In this document: positions 62,577-64,000 of the stretch, in pieces
How the letters are laid out: every line of letters begins with the position of its first letter
Position numbering within the stretch: the stretch's first letter is position 1
From: a virus
Taxonomy: Duplodnaviria > Caudoviricetes
Direction: 5' to 3' (one strand)
DNA length: 64,000 bases
Virus record (IMG/VR): IMGVR_UViG_3300049455_000007
Location: 261 to 64,260 of that record
The notes under the pieces: generated by a model
The model's input: the letters and a program-made list of their open reading frames with translations, nothing else
Told to the model about the DNA's origin: nothing
Databases searched by the model: none
Position numbers and translations under genes: made by a program

Positions 62577-62586
62577 ATGCCCGGGG

Positions 62587-62862
62587 TTAGTGGGAGGCGA
62601 ACTGTTCCCGGAGTTCCGGGAACTGGGTGAAGTATTCCTCCACCTTCCGTGCGGCCTTTTCAGACTCGGTCAGGCGGCGGGTGTAGTTGAGTCCCTGTTC
62701 CACGAACTTCGCCTCCGTGATCTGGTTCAGTTCGTCCCGGTGGTTGTTCAGCACCTCGCGCTCAGCCTCGTTGCGCAGACGGTTTTTTTTCTGCTGCACG
62801 GTTTCGTCCGTTACGACTTCCTCGTTGTCCGTAACGGGGGCTTCGATCGTTCCTGTTGCCAT
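62587..62862 (-). CDS. hypothetical protein (helical)
   Basis: RBS AGGAG; 91 aa. Confidence 0.7.
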   Translation of the reverse strand: MATGTIEAPVTDNEEVVTDETVQQKKNRLRNEAEREVLNNHRDELNQITEAKFVEQGLNYTRRLTESEKAARKVEEYFTQFPELREQFASH

Positions 62863-62903
62863 CGGTGGCTATCTCCTGATTGTTGTGTGGGTTATGTGGG
62901 TTG

Positions 62904-62921
62904 CAGACGGTCGACCATCTG
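62904..62921. promoter_or_regulatory. 18-bp palindrome family copy 24
   Basis: CAGACGGTCGACCATCTG, intergenic after SSB. Confidence 0.85.
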
Positions 62922-62932
62922 CGGATTGGCTA

Positions 62933-63487
62933 TCAGAAAGGCGGCTGTTGTCCGCCGCCGGGCCAGCCCTGCTCAGGCCATTGGCCCTGCTGTGGCTGCC
63001 CCTGCTGGGTATAGGCTGGCTGGCCCTGTGGCTGTCTGTACGGGGCTTGCACTTCAGGGTTGGGCCATCCGCCCTGCTGTGGCCGTTGGCCCGGCTGTGC
63101 GCCCTGTGGCGGCTGTCCCTGCACGGGCTGCTGGTCACTGTGAGGAGTGGCGCGGAACGTCAGGGAGGGGGAGATGCTCACCGCATCAATCTCTGTGGAC
63201 GTACGCTTCACACCATTGTGCTCGAAGTCGCGGTTATAGAACACGCCGACGACATGGACGAGGTCCTTATCGCGGACAGAGTTCACCAGATTCTCCGCAG
63301 GCTTGCGCCACAGGCTGGCGTTCGCCCAGAGAACCTTGTCCGGGTCGTCACCCCAGTTTCCCTGTGCGTCCTTCTTGCGTGCATTGCACACGAGGCGGAC
63401 GTTGGCGACGGGTACACCGTCAGGCGTGAAGCGGAGTACGGGGTCACCGACTACACGGAACTCTCCGAACATGGTGGGTAAGGCCAT
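62933..63487 (-). CDS. ssb: single-stranded DNA-binding protein
   Basis: DPVLRFTPDGVPVAN...WRKPAENLVNS; Gln/Gly/Pro tail ending PPF. Confidence 0.95.
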   Translation of the reverse strand: MALPTMFGEFRVVGDPVLRFTPDGVPVANVRLVCNARKKDAQGNWGDDPDKVLWANASLWRKPAENLVNSVRDKDLVHVVGVFYNRDFEHNGVKRTSTEIDAVSISPSLTFRATPHSDQQPVQGQPPQGAQPGQRPQQGGWPNPEVQAPYRQPQGQPAYTQQGQPQQGQWPEQGWPGGGQQPPF

Positions 63488-63490
63488 AGG

Positions 63491-63784
63491 TTATAGGTCC
63501 CCTTTCTGGGATTGTTCCCACGTGAAATATACATCGCCGTATCGGATACCGTCGTGTTCTACCGTGGAGTTTCTGACAGCGACCACGATGTGGCCGGTGT
63601 CCTGCACGAACGGGTGGCGGGTGTATCCTCGAACGGATTTCACGCGCGACTCAGGTACGTGGCTGGCGGCAAGGACTGCCTCATCGGGATGCTTGGCCGC
63701 AAGATTCGCTGCGGCATCCCAGTCGTAGTCCTCGCCACGGGATGCACGTGGCGGCAGTTTGCCGACTAGCTTCCCTTGTGTCAT
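63491..63784 (-). CDS. hypothetical protein
   Basis: MTQGKLVGKLP..., RBS AGGAG. Confidence 0.65.
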   Translation of the reverse strand: MTQGKLVGKLPPRASRGEDYDWDAAANLAAKHPDEAVLAASHVPESRVKSVRGYTRHPFVQDTGHIVVAVRNSTVEHDGIRYGDVYFTWEQSQKGDL

Positions 63785-63930
63785 GTGTGTTGCTCTCCTC
63801 TGGGTGGGGGGCGGTGGCCGCGCTTCGTGCGCGGCCCCCGCCGGATCACTCTTTACAAGTCTACCATTGTTCTTGCCAACAGTAGACATTCTTCCGCTAG
63901 GAAATGTGGCCAGTTTCGACAAGGCCAAGA

Positions 63931-63969
63931 TCGCGCAGGGGCGGCTACCAACCAAAGACCCCTGCGCGA
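63931..63969 (-). terminator. GC hairpin with GTTGGTAGCC loop
   Basis: TCGCGCAGGGG/CCCCTGCGCGA 11-bp stem; resembles 10701-10731. Confidence 0.55.
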
Positions 63970-64000
63970 CCTTTACCCGGTCGAGGGATTAGTCCTCCTC

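Noticed and set aside
1544-62921. Palindromes as a CRISPR array
   Set aside because: Copies are dispersed at irregular kb-scale distances, not separated by constant-length spacers; no cas operon.
63510-63530. Additional parS-like sites (63514 region, 3791, 6335, 13260)
   Set aside because: Only the CACGTG core or one half-site matches; too many mismatches to call.
63858-63890. Promoter upstream of 63491..63784
   Set aside because: Extended -10 TGGTAGACT is present but there is no plausible -35 at 16-18 bp; not listed as a feature.
1-64000. Prophage, integrase or immunity cassette
   Set aside because: No tyrosine or serine recombinase motif, att-like tRNA overlap or host flanking genes seen; the window is not the whole genome, so absence is not proven.
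1-64000. tRNA, rRNA, or diversity-generating retroelement
   Set aside because: No cloverleaf or rRNA-like stretch recognised by eye; no reverse transcriptase or TR/VR pair. tRNAscan was not run.

Overview
The window is most of a high-GC, apparently lytic actinobacteriophage (siphovirus-type) genome; host genus is uncertain (Arthrobacter-like by inference). No integrase, DNA polymerase, tRNA or CRISPR was seen. Layout: (1) 1-13.6 kb, leftward early region of about 45 mostly small ORFans driven by near-consensus sigma70/SigA promoters, including a tandem-Lsr2 protein and a DUF4192 protein; (2) 13.6-14.2 kb, non-coding divergence region, probably the true genome ends; (3) 14.2-51.1 kb, rightward virion module: thermonuclease, collagen-like fibre cassette 1, ParB-N, m6A methyltransferase, terminase, portal, MuF-protease fusion, separate hexamer/pentamer capsid proteins, major tail, CHAP endolysin, tail chaperones, tape measure, minor tails, holin-like genes, fibre cassette 2; (4) 51.2-64 kb, leftward replication/recombination arm: RusA, Cas4-like exonuclease, Rad52-like annealase, HNH, DnaB-like helicase, HTH initiator with an internal origin-like repeat array, SSB. 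The most striking signals are cis-acting: 24 copies of an 18-bp palindrome (CAGACGGTCGACCGTCTG family), one about 27-40 bp downstream of each of five early promoters and one just before a small RHH gene; a perfect chromosomal-type parS (TGTTTCACGTGAAACA) hidden in a protease linker; and a GGCTACCAAC start-associated motif whose exact complement is displayed in the loops of two related hairpins, suggesting an RNA-level control layer.
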